A DNA stretch of 64,000 nucleotides, taken from positions 1,536,001 through 1,600,000 of the forward strand of contig OZ244905.1 in assembly GCA_965221695.1 (NCBI GenBank), given 5' to 3'. Below are positions 1 through 10,907 of the stretch, piece after piece. The position numbers and the translations under genes were made by a program. The DNA comes from Gammaproteobacteria bacterium (GTDB taxonomy: Bacteria > Pseudomonadota > Gammaproteobacteria > Eutrophobiales > Eutrophobiaceae). The number at the start of each line of letters is the position of its first letter. Positions within the stretch are counted from its first letter, which is position 1. The notes below the pieces were generated by a model. The model ran no database searches, had not been told where the DNA came from, and saw only the letters and a list, made by a program, of their open reading frames with translations.

Positions 1-364
1 GCCGTTTCCCGGTTTTCCAACGGACATGCAAGCCCAGTTTACTGCGTTGAACTGCATTGCTGAAGGACGCGCCGTAATCACCGAAAATATTTTCAATAAC
101 CGTTTCATGCACGTCATGGAATTGCGGAAGATGGGGGCGGATCTAGTCCAAGATGGAAAACGCCTCGTGGTAAATGGCGTAGACAAATTGACAAGCAGCG
201 CCATAATCGCTCGGGATTTGCGCGCGTCCGCCTGTCTTATTCTGGCTGGCCTGGTTGCCCAAGGAGAGACCCTGGTCGAACAGGTCTATCATATTGATCG
301 CGGATATGAGACCATCGAGGAAAAATTAATGCAACTTGGCGCCAGCATCAGGCGACTGTCCTGA
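1..364 (+). CDS. murA: UDP-N-acetylglucosamine 1-carboxyvinyltransferase, C-terminal part (starts before window)
   Basis: Frame open from window start: [17 protein letters not shown] and HIDRGYE motifs; upstream of hisG. Confidence 0.95.
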   Translation, partial: PFPGFPTDMQAQFTALNCIAEGRAVITENIFNNRFMHVMELRKMGADLVQDGKRLVVNGVDKLTSSAIIARDLRASACLILAGLVAQGETLVEQVYHIDRGYETIEEKLMQLGASIRRLS

Positions 365-369
365 AGAAT

Positions 370-1002
370 ATGAAAGACAGTATTACAATTGCGGTATCCA
401 AGGGGCGGATTCTTGCCGAGTCTCTGCCGCTACTCGCACGCGCCGGCGTGCATCCCCAGGATAATCCCGACACCACCCGCAAACTCATATTCGACACCAA
501 CCAACAAGAGGTACGACTGATCATCATCCGCGCCGCGGATGTGCCCACCTACGTTTTAAACGGCGGCGCTGATCTGGGTATTGCCGGGAAAGATGTGTTG
601 ATGGAATGTGAGAACGATAACCTGTACGAACCGTTGGACCTGAAGATAGCCCGTTGCCGCCTGATGCTGGCTGGCCTTCGAGACGTCCCGGTAAAACCGG
701 GCCGTTTGCGGGTTGCCACCAAATATGTTTGGACCACACGCAACTATTTTGCTGAAAAAGGACAGCAGGTGGAGCTCATCAAGCTGTACGGTTCGATGGA
801 GCTTGCGCCTGTGCTGGGCCTATCGGACCTCATCGTTGACCTGGTCAATAGCGGCAACACCTTGAAACAGAACGGGTTGGAACCACTGGACAAGATCGCT
901 GAGATAAGCTCCCGTCTTATCGTTAACAAAGCGTCAATGAAGATGAAGCAGGAAATGATCAAGCCGTTCATCCAGCGCCTTGCCGTAGCGGTGCGGCAAT
1001 GA
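370..1002 (+). CDS. hisG: ATP phosphoribosyltransferase, short form (HisZ-dependent)
   Basis: [22 protein letters not shown] and [14 protein letters not shown] motifs; 210 aa, no C-terminal regulatory domain. Confidence 0.95.
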   Translation: MKDSITIAVSKGRILAESLPLLARAGVHPQDNPDTTRKLIFDTNQQEVRLIIIRAADVPTYVLNGGADLGIAGKDVLMECENDNLYEPLDLKIARCRLMLAGLRDVPVKPGRLRVATKYVWTTRNYFAEKGQQVELIKLYGSMELAPVLGLSDLIVDLVNSGNTLKQNGLEPLDKIAEISSRLIVNKASMKMKQEMIKPFIQRLAVAVRQ

Positions 1003-2297
1003 TCGATATTGCAAGGCTGTCGGTTTCCAATCCCGATTTTGAAAGCAGCTTTGCGCAACTGCTTGCCGGCAACGACATCCTTGATCAGACGTTGACCGCA
1101 ACGGTTTCAACCATCCTGAACAACGTCAGGGAAACCGGTGTCACGGCCCTGCTGGAATACACTAACCGGTTTGACCGCCGCAATGCCGGCCCTGGCGACC
1201 TGGAGGTGACGGAAACGGCGTTGGATCATGCCATGACAACCATACCCCAGGACCTGCGCCGGGCTCTGGAAGACGCGACGGAACGGATTACCGCTTATCA
1301 CCGGCATCAAACGGGCCGATCCTGGTCGTTCGAAGACCCGGATGGTTCGACCCTGGGACAACGCGTAACCCCCTTGGATAGGGTGGGGGTTTACGTGCCC
1401 GGCGGCAAGGCCGCTTACCCGTCAACAGTCCTGATGAACACGTTGCCCGCAAAGGTGGCCGGCGTCGGGGAAATCGTTATGACCGTGCCGGCCCCGGACG
1501 GCGAACTGAACCCCGTGGCGCTGGCTGCCGCCCGCATCGCGGGCGTGAACCGGGTCTTTTCCGTCGGCGGCGCGCAAGCTATTGCGGCGCTGGCCTTTGG
1601 CGCCGGACCGATCCCCGCAGTCGACAAGATCGTGGGGCCGGGCAATCGCTACGTGGCCGCCGCCAAACGCCTGGTTTTCGGGGTTGTCGGGATAGATATG
1701 ATCGCAGGTCCTTCAGAAGTGGTGATCGTTGCCGACGGGAGCGCCGATCCGGACTGGATCGCGATGGACATGTTTGCCCAGGCCGAGCATGACGAGGATG
1801 CCAGGGCCATCCTGGTAACGACCGACGCAACCCTGCCCGCAAAGGTCGAAGCCTCCATTAACCGGCAAATCGGCGGCATGGCGCGCGCCGATATTATCCG
1901 CACGGCATTGAACAACAACGGCGCCCTGATCCTGGCTGAGAACCCGGAACAAGCATGTAACATCGTCAACGAGCTGGCGCCGGAACACCTGGAACTTGCG
2001 GTAGAGGACCCGGACAGTTACCTTGAAGCCATCAGGCACGCCGGGGCGATCTTCATCGGTCACTTCGCTGCGGAAGCGTTGGGTGATTATTGTGCCGGTC
2101 CAAATCATGTCCTGCCCACCGGCCGGACGGCAAGATTTTCCTCCCCGCTGGGCGTTTATGACTTCCAGAAACGCACATCCCTGGTGCACTGCACACCTGC
2201 ATCCGCGTCCCGACTGGCCGAAACCGCAACAGTCCTGGCCCGCGCCGAAGGCCTGTCAGCCCACGCCGGCGCCGCGCAACTGCGTATAAAAAAGTGA
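999..2297 (+). CDS. hisD: Histidinol dehydrogenase
   Basis: [37 protein letters not shown] and [13 protein letters not shown]; ATGA overlap with hisG. Confidence 0.97.
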   Translation: MIDIARLSVSNPDFESSFAQLLAGNDILDQTLTATVSTILNNVRETGVTALLEYTNRFDRRNAGPGDLEVTETALDHAMTTIPQDLRRALEDATERITAYHRHQTGRSWSFEDPDGSTLGQRVTPLDRVGVYVPGGKAAYPSTVLMNTLPAKVAGVGEIVMTVPAPDGELNPVALAAARIAGVNRVFSVGGAQAIAALAFGAGPIPAVDKIVGPGNRYVAAAKRLVFGVVGIDMIAGPSEVVIVADGSADPDWIAMDMFAQAEHDEDARAILVTTDATLPAKVEASINRQIGGMARADIIRTALNNNGALILAENPEQACNIVNELAPEHLELAVEDPDSYLEAIRHAGAIFIGHFAAEALGDYCAGPNHVLPTGRTARFSSPLGVYDFQKRTSLVHCTPASASRLAETATVLARAEGLSAHAGAAQLRIKK

Positions 2298-2447
2298 TTA
2301 ACATTGATGTACAGGATATACAGGATTATATTGGAATGGCTCAGTAGCGCCTTCCCTGACTGTGCCAGCTTTATTCACTAACTATATCCGCACCTTCTGA
2401 AATAATTTTTCTTGTTCATCCTGTATATCCTGTACATCCATGTGAAT
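2297..2447. repeat. 151-bp element with 30-bp terminal inverted repeats (copy 1)
   Basis: ATTAACATTGATGTACAGGATATACAGGAT (2297-2326) and ATCCTGTATATCCTGTACATCCATGTGAAT (2418-2447) are 28/30 complementary; related TIRs at 53658-53808. Confidence 0.85.
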
Positions 2448-2452
2448 ACAAA

Positions 2453-3565
2453 TTATTGCCTGGGAGCAGGACGCTCCGCAACCTGTATGTTTATCGTCCG
2501 GGTTTCCCAGCCGCGCAGGACTTCCGCGCGAATCACGGAGCCGGGTTCAATCCGGGAAATCATGTTGATCGTATGTTGCGGGCTGAACAAAGGCATGTCG
2601 TTGATCGCAGTCATGATATCGCCGGGTACGATCCCTGCCCGGTCCGCGGGACTGCCCCTGAGCACGGCCACGATCAGTATCCCGCCCTGGTCCAGACCCG
2701 TCGCATCAATGATATCCTGTGGCAGGATCTGAAACTCGACACCAATCCAGCCGCGAATGACATGACCGTATTCAATGATCTGTGTCATCACGTCCAGGGC
2801 CAGGTCAACAGGAATAGCCAGGCCAATACCCTGCGAACCCCCGCTGCTGGAAATGATCGCGGTATTAATCCCTATCAGTTGTCCCTGAGCCGAGATCAGC
2901 GCGCCGCCGGAATTGCCCGGATTGATATCGGCGTCGGTCTGGATGAAATTCTCGAACGTCGTGATGCCGACCCGGTTGCGCCCCGTGGCGCTGACAATGC
3001 CCTGGGTAACTGTCTGCCCGAAATCATAGGGATTACCGATAGCCAGGACCACATCCCCTACCCTGACCTGGTTTGAATCGTTATAGGGGGCGGTATGGAG
3101 GTTGTCCAAGTCCGTTTTCAGGACCGCAAGATCAGTATCGCTGTCCACACCGACGACCTGGGCGCGCGACTGGCGGCCATCGTACAAGGTGATGCGGATT
3201 TCATCGGCATTATTGATCACGTGGGCATTGGTGAGCAAATAACCCCGGCTGTCCATGATCACACCGGAACCCAGGTTGCTGTTGCGCCGCTCGCCGGGAT
3301 TGCGGGGGCCGAAAAAACGCCGGAACAAGGGATCATGGAACAGGGGATGAACGGCGCGCCGCTCAATGTGCGTGGCGTAGACATTGACCACCGCGGGCGC
3401 GACCCCGGCCACCGCCTCGCTATAGGAGACGACGCCCTCTTGGCCACTCCTGCCGGCGCCGCCATCCCGTGCCGAATACAGTCCAGGAAACAGGTACAGC
3501 AACACGAACGCGACAGCCAGTCCAAGAATGACACATTGGGCAATAAATTTAACAGATCTGTCCAC
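2453..3565 (-). CDS. degS: HtrA-family serine protease with one PDZ domain (DegS/AlgW type)
   Basis: N-terminal TM segment, GSGVI, LTNAHV, DLAVLK, IQTDADINPGNSGG, single C-terminal PDZ. Confidence 0.85.
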   Translation of the reverse strand: MDRSVKFIAQCVILGLAVAFVLLYLFPGLYSARDGGAGRSGQEGVVSYSEAVAGVAPAVVNVYATHIERRAVHPLFHDPLFRRFFGPRNPGERRNSNLGSGVIMDSRGYLLTNAHVINNADEIRITLYDGRQSRAQVVGVDSDTDLAVLKTDLDNLHTAPYNDSNQVRVGDVVLAIGNPYDFGQTVTQGIVSATGRNRVGITTFENFIQTDADINPGNSGGALISAQGQLIGINTAIISSSGGSQGIGLAIPVDLALDVMTQIIEYGHVIRGWIGVEFQILPQDIIDATGLDQGGILIVAVLRGSPADRAGIVPGDIMTAINDMPLFSPQHTINMISRIEPGSVIRAEVLRGWETRTINIQVAERPAPRQ

Positions 3566-3653
3566 AGGTGGTATTTTAACCCGAAAATCTCATGAACAGA
3601 GCTTTGCACGCCCCGATTGCATGTAAGTGTTGCACCGGCCAGGGTATTCCTCC

Positions 3654-3750
3654 GTACCACTTCCGCAAAAGCGGGAGTCCAGTCAAATACGCTGTCGCCC
3701 GAAGGGCGACCCAGTGTTTTACTGGTTTCCTGCTAGCGCGGGAATGGTAT
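3654..3750. repeat. Degenerate REP-like palindromic element
   Basis: Arms 3654-3683 and 3721-3750 are imperfect inverted repeats (21/30) resembling ATTCCCGC-N4-GCGGGAATCCAG; central perfect hairpin GTCGCCC-GAA-GGGCGAC (3694-3710). Confidence 0.6.
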
Positions 3751-3785
3751 CCTTCATAGGTTATACAACAAAATTTACACAGCAA

Positions 3786-4730
3786 ATGCAACAGGAAGAC
3801 TTTACTGTAATCGTGCCGGAGCAACATGACGGCAAACGGCTGGACCAGGCACTGGCCCTGTTGTGCCCGCGCCATTCCCGTTCGCGCCTGCAGGCGTGGA
3901 TCAGGAACGGCTTTGTTACCGTGGATGGCGCCGGCCTGAAGCAGAAAGATACCGTCCGCAGTGGGCAGTCAATCAGGGTCTGCGCGACGTTTGACGATCA
4001 CAATGAAAACTGGGCCGGGCAGGACATACCCATTGACATCATCTACGAAGATGAGGACATCCTGGCAGTCAACAAGCAGCCCGGTATCACCGTGCATCCG
4101 GGCGCCGGCAACCCGGACCGCACCCTGGTCAACGCGCTGCTGTATTACGCGCCGCAACTGGCAAAAGTCCCCCGGGCCGGCATAGTGCAGCGGCTGGACA
4201 AGGACACCTCGGGCATCATGGTGGTCGCGAAGACGCCGGAGTCCCATACCAGGCTGGTCCGGGACCTGCAGCGGAGGAATATCACCCGGAGCTACCGGGC
4301 CATTGTCCACGGGACGCTGATCAGCGGGGGTACCGTAGACGCTCCCATAGGCAGACATCCCAGCCTGCGCACGCGCATGGCCGTCACCGACAAGGGCAAA
4401 CCCGCAGTCACGCATTACCGGATCGTCAAGAAGTTCCCCGCTTGCACGGATACCAGGGTGAAACTCGAGACGGGACGCACGCATCAAATTCGGGTTCACA
4501 TGGCGCACCTGGGCCATCCCATCATTGGCGACCCGGTGTACGGCGGCAGAAAGCGCCTTGCAAAAAACCTGTCCGCCTCGCTCAGGGAAGCGCTGGCCGC
4601 ATTTCCCAGGCAGGCGCTGCACGCGGCAAGACTCGAATTGCAACACCCCATAAGCGGCAACTTGCTGGAACTGGAAGCGCCCCTGGCCGCGGACATTGTG
4701 CAACTTCTTGAACAGATAGGCAATGACTGA
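3786..4730 (+). CDS. rluD: 23S rRNA pseudouridine synthase RluD
   Basis: S4 domain (RLDQAL...SRSRLQ), VNKQPG, RLDKDTSG, LETGRTHQIRVH and RQALHA; start moved to ATG 3786. Confidence 0.93.
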   Translation: MQQEDFTVIVPEQHDGKRLDQALALLCPRHSRSRLQAWIRNGFVTVDGAGLKQKDTVRSGQSIRVCATFDDHNENWAGQDIPIDIIYEDEDILAVNKQPGITVHPGAGNPDRTLVNALLYYAPQLAKVPRAGIVQRLDKDTSGIMVVAKTPESHTRLVRDLQRRNITRSYRAIVHGTLISGGTVDAPIGRHPSLRTRMAVTDKGKPAVTHYRIVKKFPACTDTRVKLETGRTHQIRVHMAHLGHPIIGDPVYGGRKRLAKNLSASLREALAAFPRQALHAARLELQHPISGNLLELEAPLAADIVQLLEQIGND

Positions 4731-4752
4731 ATTGGAAGGAGTGAGAAAAATA

Positions 4753-4778
4753 CTTGAATCACTGCGCGATGCCCATAT
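4753..4778 (+). promoter_or_regulatory. Probable sigma-32 (RpoH) heat-shock promoter of clpB
   Basis: CTTGAA-N13-CCCATAT about 50 bp upstream of the clpB start matches the RpoH consensus CTTGAA-N13/14-CCCCATNT. Confidence 0.7.
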
Positions 4779-4828
4779 TTAACTACTGTAACAGGCCAAG
4801 AAAACTCTGAGCTTAATGTAATTGACCA

Positions 4829-7405
4829 ATGCGTACAGACCGATTGACCAGCAAATTCCAACAGGCCCTGGGAGACGCCCGGAGCCTCGCGCTCGGGCGC
4901 GATAACCAGTTTATCGAACCGCTGCACCTGATGGCCGCGCTGCTGGACCAGGAAGGCGGTTCAACCACTCACCTGCTCGCCCTCGCCGGCGTGGATACCG
5001 ACCGGTTACACCAGGGAATAAGCCGCGCCCTGGAGAATTTACCCCGGATCCAGGGACACGACGGCGAGGTATACGTATCCAAGGACCTGGAACGCTTGCT
5101 TAACCTGACGGACAAGTACGCACAGAAGCGTAATGACCAATATATCTCCAGCGAATTGTTCTCCCTGGCTGCGGTGGACGACAAATCAGGGCTGGGGAAG
5201 TTGATGCGGGAATGCGGCGCAGAAAAACGCAAGCTTGAAGCCGCCATCGGCAAAGTCCGCGGCGGGGAAAGCGTCAATGATCCCAATAGCGAAGACAACC
5301 GCGGGGCGCTGGACAAATTTACCATTGACCTCACCGACCAGGCCATCCAGGGGAAACTGGACCCGGTCATCGGCCGGGACGAGGAGATCCGCCGCACCAT
5401 CCAGGTGTTGCAAAGACGCACGAAAAACAACCCGGTACTGATCGGAGAGCCCGGCGTGGGCAAGACAGCTATTGTCGAGGGGCTGGCGCAACGAATCGTC
5501 AACGGCGAAGTGCCCGATTCCCTGAAAAGCAGACGCCTGCTGTCGCTGGACATGGGCGCGCTCATTGCCGGGGCGAAGTTTCGCGGTGAGTTCGAGGAAC
5601 GCCTGAAAGCGGTGCTAAACGATCTCAAAAAACAGGAGGGCGGCATCATCCTGTTCATTGATGAAGTGCACACCATGGTCGGCGCCGGCAAGGCGGAAGG
5701 GTCGATGGATGCCGGTAACATGCTGAAGCCCGCGCTGGCCAGGGGCGAATTGCATTGCATAGGCGCGACAACCCTGGATGAATATCGCAAGAATATCGAA
5801 AAAGATGCGGCGCTGGAACGGCGTTTCCAGAAAGTGTTTATCGGCGAACCCAACGTAAATGACACCATAGCTATCCTGCGCGGTCTGAAAGAACGTTACG
5901 AAGTGCACCACAACGTGCAGATTACCGACCCTGCGATCATCTCCGCGGCAACGCTTGGACAGCGCTACATTACCGATCGGCAGTTGCCGGACAAGGCGAT
6001 AGACCTGATCGATGAAGCCGCGAGCCGCATCAGCATCGAGATCGATTCCAAGCCGGAGGCGATGGACCGGCTGGAACGGCGCCTTATCCAGATGAAGATC
6101 GAACGCGAGGCCCTGAAAAAGGAAACCGATGACGCGTCGAAACAGCGCCTGGCAGACCTGGATAGCGAAATCAACCGGGTTGAGCGGGAATTCGCCGACC
6201 TCGAAGAGATATGGAGAGCGGAGAAAGCGGCATTACAGGGCGCGCACGAGATCAAGGAACGGCTGGAACAGGCGCGCATGGAGTTCGAGACTGCGCAACG
6301 GGCCGGCGATCTCAACCGCATGTCGGAGTTGCAATACGGCATCATCCCCGATCTCGAAAAACAACTGGAAAACGCCGAACGGGCAGAAACCGAGCCGTTG
6401 CAACTGCTGCGCAACAAGGTCACCGAGAACGAGATCGCGGAAGTGGTATCGAGGTGGACGGGGATACCGGTCGCCAAGATGCTGCAGGGTGAAAAAGACA
6501 AGTTGCTGCAGATGGAAGATGCATTGCGCAAACGCGTGGTCGGCCAGGATGAAGCGATTGTCGCGGTCGCAGACGCGATACGGCGCGCCCGCGCCGGGTT
6601 GTCCGACCCCAACCGGCCAAACGGCTCATTTATTTTCCTCGGACCCACCGGCGTGGGCAAGACTGAATTGTGCAAGTCGCTGGCGGACTTCCTGTTCGAC
6701 AGCGAGGACGCGATCGTCCGCATCGACATGTCCGAATACATGGAGAAGCACTCGGTGTCCAGGTTGATCGGCGCGCCGCCGGGCTACGTTGGTTATGACG
6801 AAGGCGGTCAGTTGACCGAACAGGTGCGCCGCAGACCGTACAGCCTGGTACTGCTGGACGAGGTGGAAAAAGCCCACCCCGATGTTTTCAACGTGCTGCT
6901 GCAGGTGCTGGATGACGGGCGCCTGACCGACGGCCAGGGCCGCACGGTCGACTTCCGCAACACCGTCATAATCATGACCTCGAACCTGGGTTCGGACCAG
7001 ATCCGGGAACTGTCCGACGACGCGGATTACGACACGATGAAAGCAACGGTGCTGGAAATCGTGTCCGCATACTTCCGGCCGGAATTTCTCAACCGGATTG
7101 ATGACCTGGTGGTGTTCCACTCGCTGAAGCGCGCGCAACTCACCGCGATCACCGAAATCCAAGTGAACCGGCTGCAACAGCGCCTGGCTGACCAGGGTAT
7201 CGATATCTCTCTCTCGGACAAGGCCAAGGAGACCCTGGCCAATATCGGCTATGACCCGGTCTATGGCGCCCGGCCGCTGAAACGGGCCGTGCAGACGCAC
7301 CTCGAAACCCCCCTGGCCAGGGAACTGCTGGCAGGCAAATTTCACTCCGAGAGTACCATTCTCGTGGATGCCGAAGACGGCGTCCTCAACTTCACTGCCG
7401 GGTAG
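4829..7405 (+). CDS. clpB: ATP-dependent disaggregase ClpB
   Basis: Two AAA+ modules ([16 protein letters not shown]), middle coiled coil, GYVGY loop; 858 aa. Confidence 0.98.
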   Translation: MRTDRLTSKFQQALGDARSLALGRDNQFIEPLHLMAALLDQEGGSTTHLLALAGVDTDRLHQGISRALENLPRIQGHDGEVYVSKDLERLLNLTDKYAQKRNDQYISSELFSLAAVDDKSGLGKLMRECGAEKRKLEAAIGKVRGGESVNDPNSEDNRGALDKFTIDLTDQAIQGKLDPVIGRDEEIRRTIQVLQRRTKNNPVLIGEPGVGKTAIVEGLAQRIVNGEVPDSLKSRRLLSLDMGALIAGAKFRGEFEERLKAVLNDLKKQEGGIILFIDEVHTMVGAGKAEGSMDAGNMLKPALARGELHCIGATTLDEYRKNIEKDAALERRFQKVFIGEPNVNDTIAILRGLKERYEVHHNVQITDPAIISAATLGQRYITDRQLPDKAIDLIDEAASRISIEIDSKPEAMDRLERRLIQMKIEREALKKETDDASKQRLADLDSEINRVEREFADLEEIWRAEKAALQGAHEIKERLEQARMEFETAQRAGDLNRMSELQYGIIPDLEKQLENAERAETEPLQLLRNKVTENEIAEVVSRWTGIPVAKMLQGEKDKLLQMEDALRKRVVGQDEAIVAVADAIRRARAGLSDPNRPNGSFIFLGPTGVGKTELCKSLADFLFDSEDAIVRIDMSEYMEKHSVSRLIGAPPGYVGYDEGGQLTEQVRRRPYSLVLLDEVEKAHPDVFNVLLQVLDDGRLTDGQGRTVDFRNTVIIMTSNLGSDQIRELSDDADYDTMKATVLEIVSAYFRPEFLNRIDDLVVFHSLKRAQLTAITEIQVNRLQQRLADQGIDISLSDKAKETLANIGYDPVYGARPLKRAVQTHLETPLARELLAGKFHSESTILVDAEDGVLNFTAG

Positions 7406-7415
7406 GCCCGGTTTT
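7397..7415 (+). terminator. Possible weak intrinsic terminator at clpB stop
   Basis: GCCGGG-TAGG-CCCGGT stem-loop followed by a short T run. Confidence 0.35.
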
Positions 7416-7467
7416 AAATCCGTGCCTGTTTACGCGATACTGAGGCGACTTACGATGCGCAACACCG

Positions 7468-8340
7468 ATGAATACGTTCCAGGAAATTCCGCTACCCCTG
7501 TTTTATGCCTTTATTGGCCTCCTGGGACTGGCGGTCGGGAGTTTCCTGAACGTGGTCATTCTGAGGCTGCCGCGCATGATCGAAACGGCATGGCGCGCGG
7601 AGTGTCGTGAATTACTTGCTATCACCACCAGCGAACCAGAAGAACAGCCCTGGAACCTGCTCCGTCCCGGCTCCACATGCCCCCACTGCGGGCGCCGCCT
7701 CAGCTTGTTGGAGAACATCCCGGTAATCAGTTACCTGCTGCTCAAAGCAAGGTGCAAGGGTTGCAACAACAGGATTTCTTTACGTTACCCCCTGGTTGAA
7801 TTGCTGTGCGCAACGCTAACGCTGTTGGTCGCGCTCAGGTTCGGCATCAGCGCCCAGACCGCTTTTGCCTGTTTCTTCACCTGGGCGCTCATAGCGCTGG
7901 CCGGCATCGACATTGACCATCAACTACTGCCAGACAGCATCACTCTTCCCTTGCTATGGCTGGGCTTGTTCTGTAACTATTTTGGCCTGTACACAGACCT
8001 GTATTCCAGCGTGGCGGGCGCGGCAGCGGGTTACCTGATTTTTTGGCTGGTCCTGCATGTTTTCAAGCTCCTCACCGGCAGAGACGGGCTGGGCGCGGGC
8101 GATCTGAAGCTACTGGCGCTACTCGGCGCGTGGGCCGGCTGGCAGATGCTAGCGACAATTATTTTCGTTTCCTCGCTGCTCGGTTCACTGGTGGGACTTT
8201 ACCTGATTATTGCGCGCGGGCAGCAAAGGTCGACGCCAATCTCCTTCGGCCCCTACCTGGCCTGCGCAGGCTGGCTGTGCCTGATATGGGAGTTGGATAT
8301 TTTTGATTTTCGGTATCTGTCTGGAGCAATATTGACATGA
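7468..8340 (+). CDS. pilD: Prepilin peptidase/N-methyltransferase (A24)
   Basis: GSFLNVVI.RLP, two CxxC pairs, ENIPVISY, IDIDHQLLPD, GAGDLKL and FGPYLA. Confidence 0.95.
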   Translation: MNTFQEIPLPLFYAFIGLLGLAVGSFLNVVILRLPRMIETAWRAECRELLAITTSEPEEQPWNLLRPGSTCPHCGRRLSLLENIPVISYLLLKARCKGCNNRISLRYPLVELLCATLTLLVALRFGISAQTAFACFFTWALIALAGIDIDHQLLPDSITLPLLWLGLFCNYFGLYTDLYSSVAGAAAGYLIFWLVLHVFKLLTGRDGLGAGDLKLLALLGAWAGWQMLATIIFVSSLLGSLVGLYLIIARGQQRSTPISFGPYLACAGWLCLIWELDIFDFRYLSGAILT

Positions 8341-8951
8341 AGCTTCCCTTGCGCGTGGGCTTGACCGGAGGCATAGGCAGCGGTAAGTCTACAGTCAAAA
8401 ATTTCTTTGACGAACTCGGCGCGCCCACCATCGATGCAGACGAGATTTCCCACAAAATTACAAAACCCGGCCAGGCAGCTTTCGACGAGGTAGTGCGCCT
8501 GTTCGGAGCAGAGAGCCTCGATGAAACAGGCAACCTGGACCGGCGACGGTTGCGCGAACTGGTCTTCAGCGAACCGGCCCTGAAACAAAAGCTGGAGGCC
8601 ATCATCCACCCGCGCGTGCGCGCCCAAATCCAGGAGTTTATACATCAGACGGACTATCCATACTGCGTCATCTGCATACCTCTGCTACTGGAGACCGGCT
8701 CCCAGTCCAAGGTGGACAGGGTGTTGGTAGTGGACACGCCCGAGGAACTGCAGGTGGAGCGGGTCGGTCTGCGGGATCAGGCGGACGAACGGCAAACGAA
8801 GCGGATAATCCAATCTCAATTTGGCCGCGCGCAGAGATTACGCGCCGCGCATGACATAATTGTGAACGATGGTAATATTAACGACTTGAAAACACAGGTC
8901 AAAAGCCTGCATGACAGATACATGAACATCGGCTTGGAACAACAACAATAA
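8337..8951 (+). CDS. coaE: Dephospho-CoA kinase
   Basis: VGLTGGIGSGKST, IDAD, LEAIIHPRV and IPLLLE; pilD-coaE-zapD synteny. Confidence 0.96.
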   Translation: MKLPLRVGLTGGIGSGKSTVKNFFDELGAPTIDADEISHKITKPGQAAFDEVVRLFGAESLDETGNLDRRRLRELVFSEPALKQKLEAIIHPRVRAQIQEFIHQTDYPYCVICIPLLLETGSQSKVDRVLVVDTPEELQVERVGLRDQADERQTKRIIQSQFGRAQRLRAAHDIIVNDGNINDLKTQVKSLHDRYMNIGLEQQQ

Positions 8952-8972
8952 CCTCACACACCTGACTGCGCT

Positions 8973-9743
8973 ATGGAACCTCTTCTGATCTACGAACATC
9001 CCCTGAACGAGCGTATCAGGACTCTGTTAAGAATAGAGAGCTTATTCGGCAGGTTAAGTCATTATTCCTCGTCAATCGACACTATGGACATGCGCCTGAG
9101 CATCTCCCTGATGATTAACCTGAATGAATTATTGAAACTGTCCGATACGCGAACCGAACTGACCCGGGAACTGGAGCGTTTCCAGTCTGTTCTAAGCGGG
9201 CTGGAAGGCAAGCCTGGAGTGGATGCCTACAAACTCAAGCATATCCTCAGCGATCTCAAAAAGTGTCTGGATGTCCTCAACGACGACGCCTGCCAACCCG
9301 GCGCCAGACTGGATAGCGATGAATTGATCACCTCCATCAAACAAAAGGACTCGCTGAGCGGAGGCGCATGCAATTTTGACTTGCCCGCCTATCAGTATTG
9401 GTTGAACAGGTCTACCCGCGCAAAACAACAAAGTCTGCGCGCCTGGCAGGAAGACCTGTCAATCGTCCGGAAAAGCGCAGAACTGGCGCTGAAACTGATT
9501 AGAAGTAATACCACATCAAAAAAAGAAATTGCTCAGGGAGGATTCTACCAGCAAGCGATTGAACCCAGCGCGCCTTACCAGTTGATCCGTATCATCACTG
9601 CGCGCGAGCTGAAGTGTTTCCCGGAAATCAGTGGCGGCAGACATCGGATCACGCTGCGTTTCCTGGAGCAGGAAGAGACGCAGCAGCGGCCGGCGCAAAC
9701 CGAAAAAGATGTGGCATTCGAACTGCAATTCTGCGCTTCATAA
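8973..9743 (+). CDS. zapD: Cell division protein ZapD
   Basis: YEHPLNERIRTLLRIE, GGACNFDLP and FPEISGGRHR; follows coaE. Confidence 0.92.
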   Translation: MEPLLIYEHPLNERIRTLLRIESLFGRLSHYSSSIDTMDMRLSISLMINLNELLKLSDTRTELTRELERFQSVLSGLEGKPGVDAYKLKHILSDLKKCLDVLNDDACQPGARLDSDELITSIKQKDSLSGGACNFDLPAYQYWLNRSTRAKQQSLRAWQEDLSIVRKSAELALKLIRSNTTSKKEIAQGGFYQQAIEPSAPYQLIRIITARELKCFPEISGGRHRITLRFLEQEETQQRPAQTEKDVAFELQFCAS

Positions 9744-9748
9744 ACCGA

Positions 9749-10777
9749 TTATTCAAAGTCCCTGACTTTTTTCAACCTCGCGACCGCATCCGGCTTGCTC
9801 CACACATCGCTGATCAAGGCGACGCCCTGTGCCCCGTGCTGTATAGCAATGTCTACATCGGAAAGTTTCATTCCGCCAAGAGCATAAACAGGAACCGGTA
9901 TACGGCTCACCAACTCGGAAAATCCATCCCATCCGAGGATATTTTCCGAAGAACAAGGAGACTGTCCCCGGTTTCCGCTTGATGAAGATTCAGCTCTCTT
10001 GTTTCTGACCGGGGACAAAACACAAAAGTCAACGCCCACATCTACCGCGTGCGCCAATTCACGCCTGTTATGACAGGAAGCGGCAACCCAGGTCCCGGCA
10101 GGCAGCGGACGTTGCGCTAATTTCAACAAGCGCCTGCTGTTAAGGTGGACGCCGGAGGCGCCGACTTCCATAGCGTATGCCGGAGAAGCATTGACGAGCA
10201 ATTCCGCTCTCTTGCTTCTGCATTCGCCGATCATACTGATGGCAACCTGTTTGTGGCGCTTCGATTTTTTACTTCTAAACTGTGCCAACCTCACGCCGGC
10301 CGCGAGATATTCCTGCAATTCGCCCATGAAGGCCGGTGGGTAATGCTCCAGATCCGGAGTGATGAGATACACGGATGGCAGTTTGCAAGCGGTGATAATG
10401 CCCTTGTTTGCGGGGGGAAAATCCAATGCCGCCAGCGAGGAGATGTCAACCCATTGCGTCTCCTGTCCTTGCTGTCCTGTCACTTTTCCGTTCCAACGGT
10501 AGATCTTCCACACCTCAAGCCGCAATGATCTGTCGGGATAATCATAGTCGAATGAAATAAGTGGGGAACAATCACTGATCTCGATATTGATCTCTTCATA
10601 CAGTTCCCGTTTCAGCGCATCCAGCGCGGTCTCGCCAGCACGCGCTTTGCCGCCGGGGAATTCCCATAGACCGGCACAGTGAACGTCACGTGGACGCCTA
10701 GCGACCAACGCCTTGTCCCGCGTTGCATTGTAGACAACGCCCAAAACGACATGATCTGATGTTGTAATCCGCATCAA
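9749..10777 (-). CDS. Nudix (MutT-like) hydrolase fused to thiamine-phosphate-synthase-like TIM barrel
   Basis: Nudix box WEFPGGK...GETALDALKRELYEE; C-terminal GVHL, ASCH, LSPV and PVYALGG; usual position after secA-argJ. Confidence 0.9.
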   Translation of the reverse strand: MMRITTSDHVVLGVVYNATRDKALVARRPRDVHCAGLWEFPGGKARAGETALDALKRELYEEINIEISDCSPLISFDYDYPDRSLRLEVWKIYRWNGKVTGQQGQETQWVDISSLAALDFPPANKGIITACKLPSVYLITPDLEHYPPAFMGELQEYLAAGVRLAQFRSKKSKRHKQVAISMIGECRSKRAELLVNASPAYAMEVGASGVHLNSRRLLKLAQRPLPAGTWVAASCHNRRELAHAVDVGVDFCVLSPVRNKRAESSSSGNRGQSPCSSENILGWDGFSELVSRIPVPVYALGGMKLSDVDIAIQHGAQGVALISDVWSKPDAVARLKKVRDFE

Positions 10778-10907
10778 GGGTTAACGCAGGTTCACCTGTG
10801 GCAAGACGATAATTTTTGCATACTCCAGCGTGTTCGGCTCTGGCTCCGTTCCAAACAGAACTGGATGTGGGATAAAATCCGGGTTAACCCCGCTTCCGGG
10901 GCGTTTA

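Noticed and set aside
2297-2447. Possible CRISPR array or attC-type site
   Set aside because: Only one inverted pair per locus, no tandem direct repeat-spacer units, and no cas or integron integrase gene in the window
4180-4215. RluD motif reads QRLDKDTSG instead of HRLD
   Set aside because: The catalytic Asp is retained; a single substitution is not enough to claim altered function
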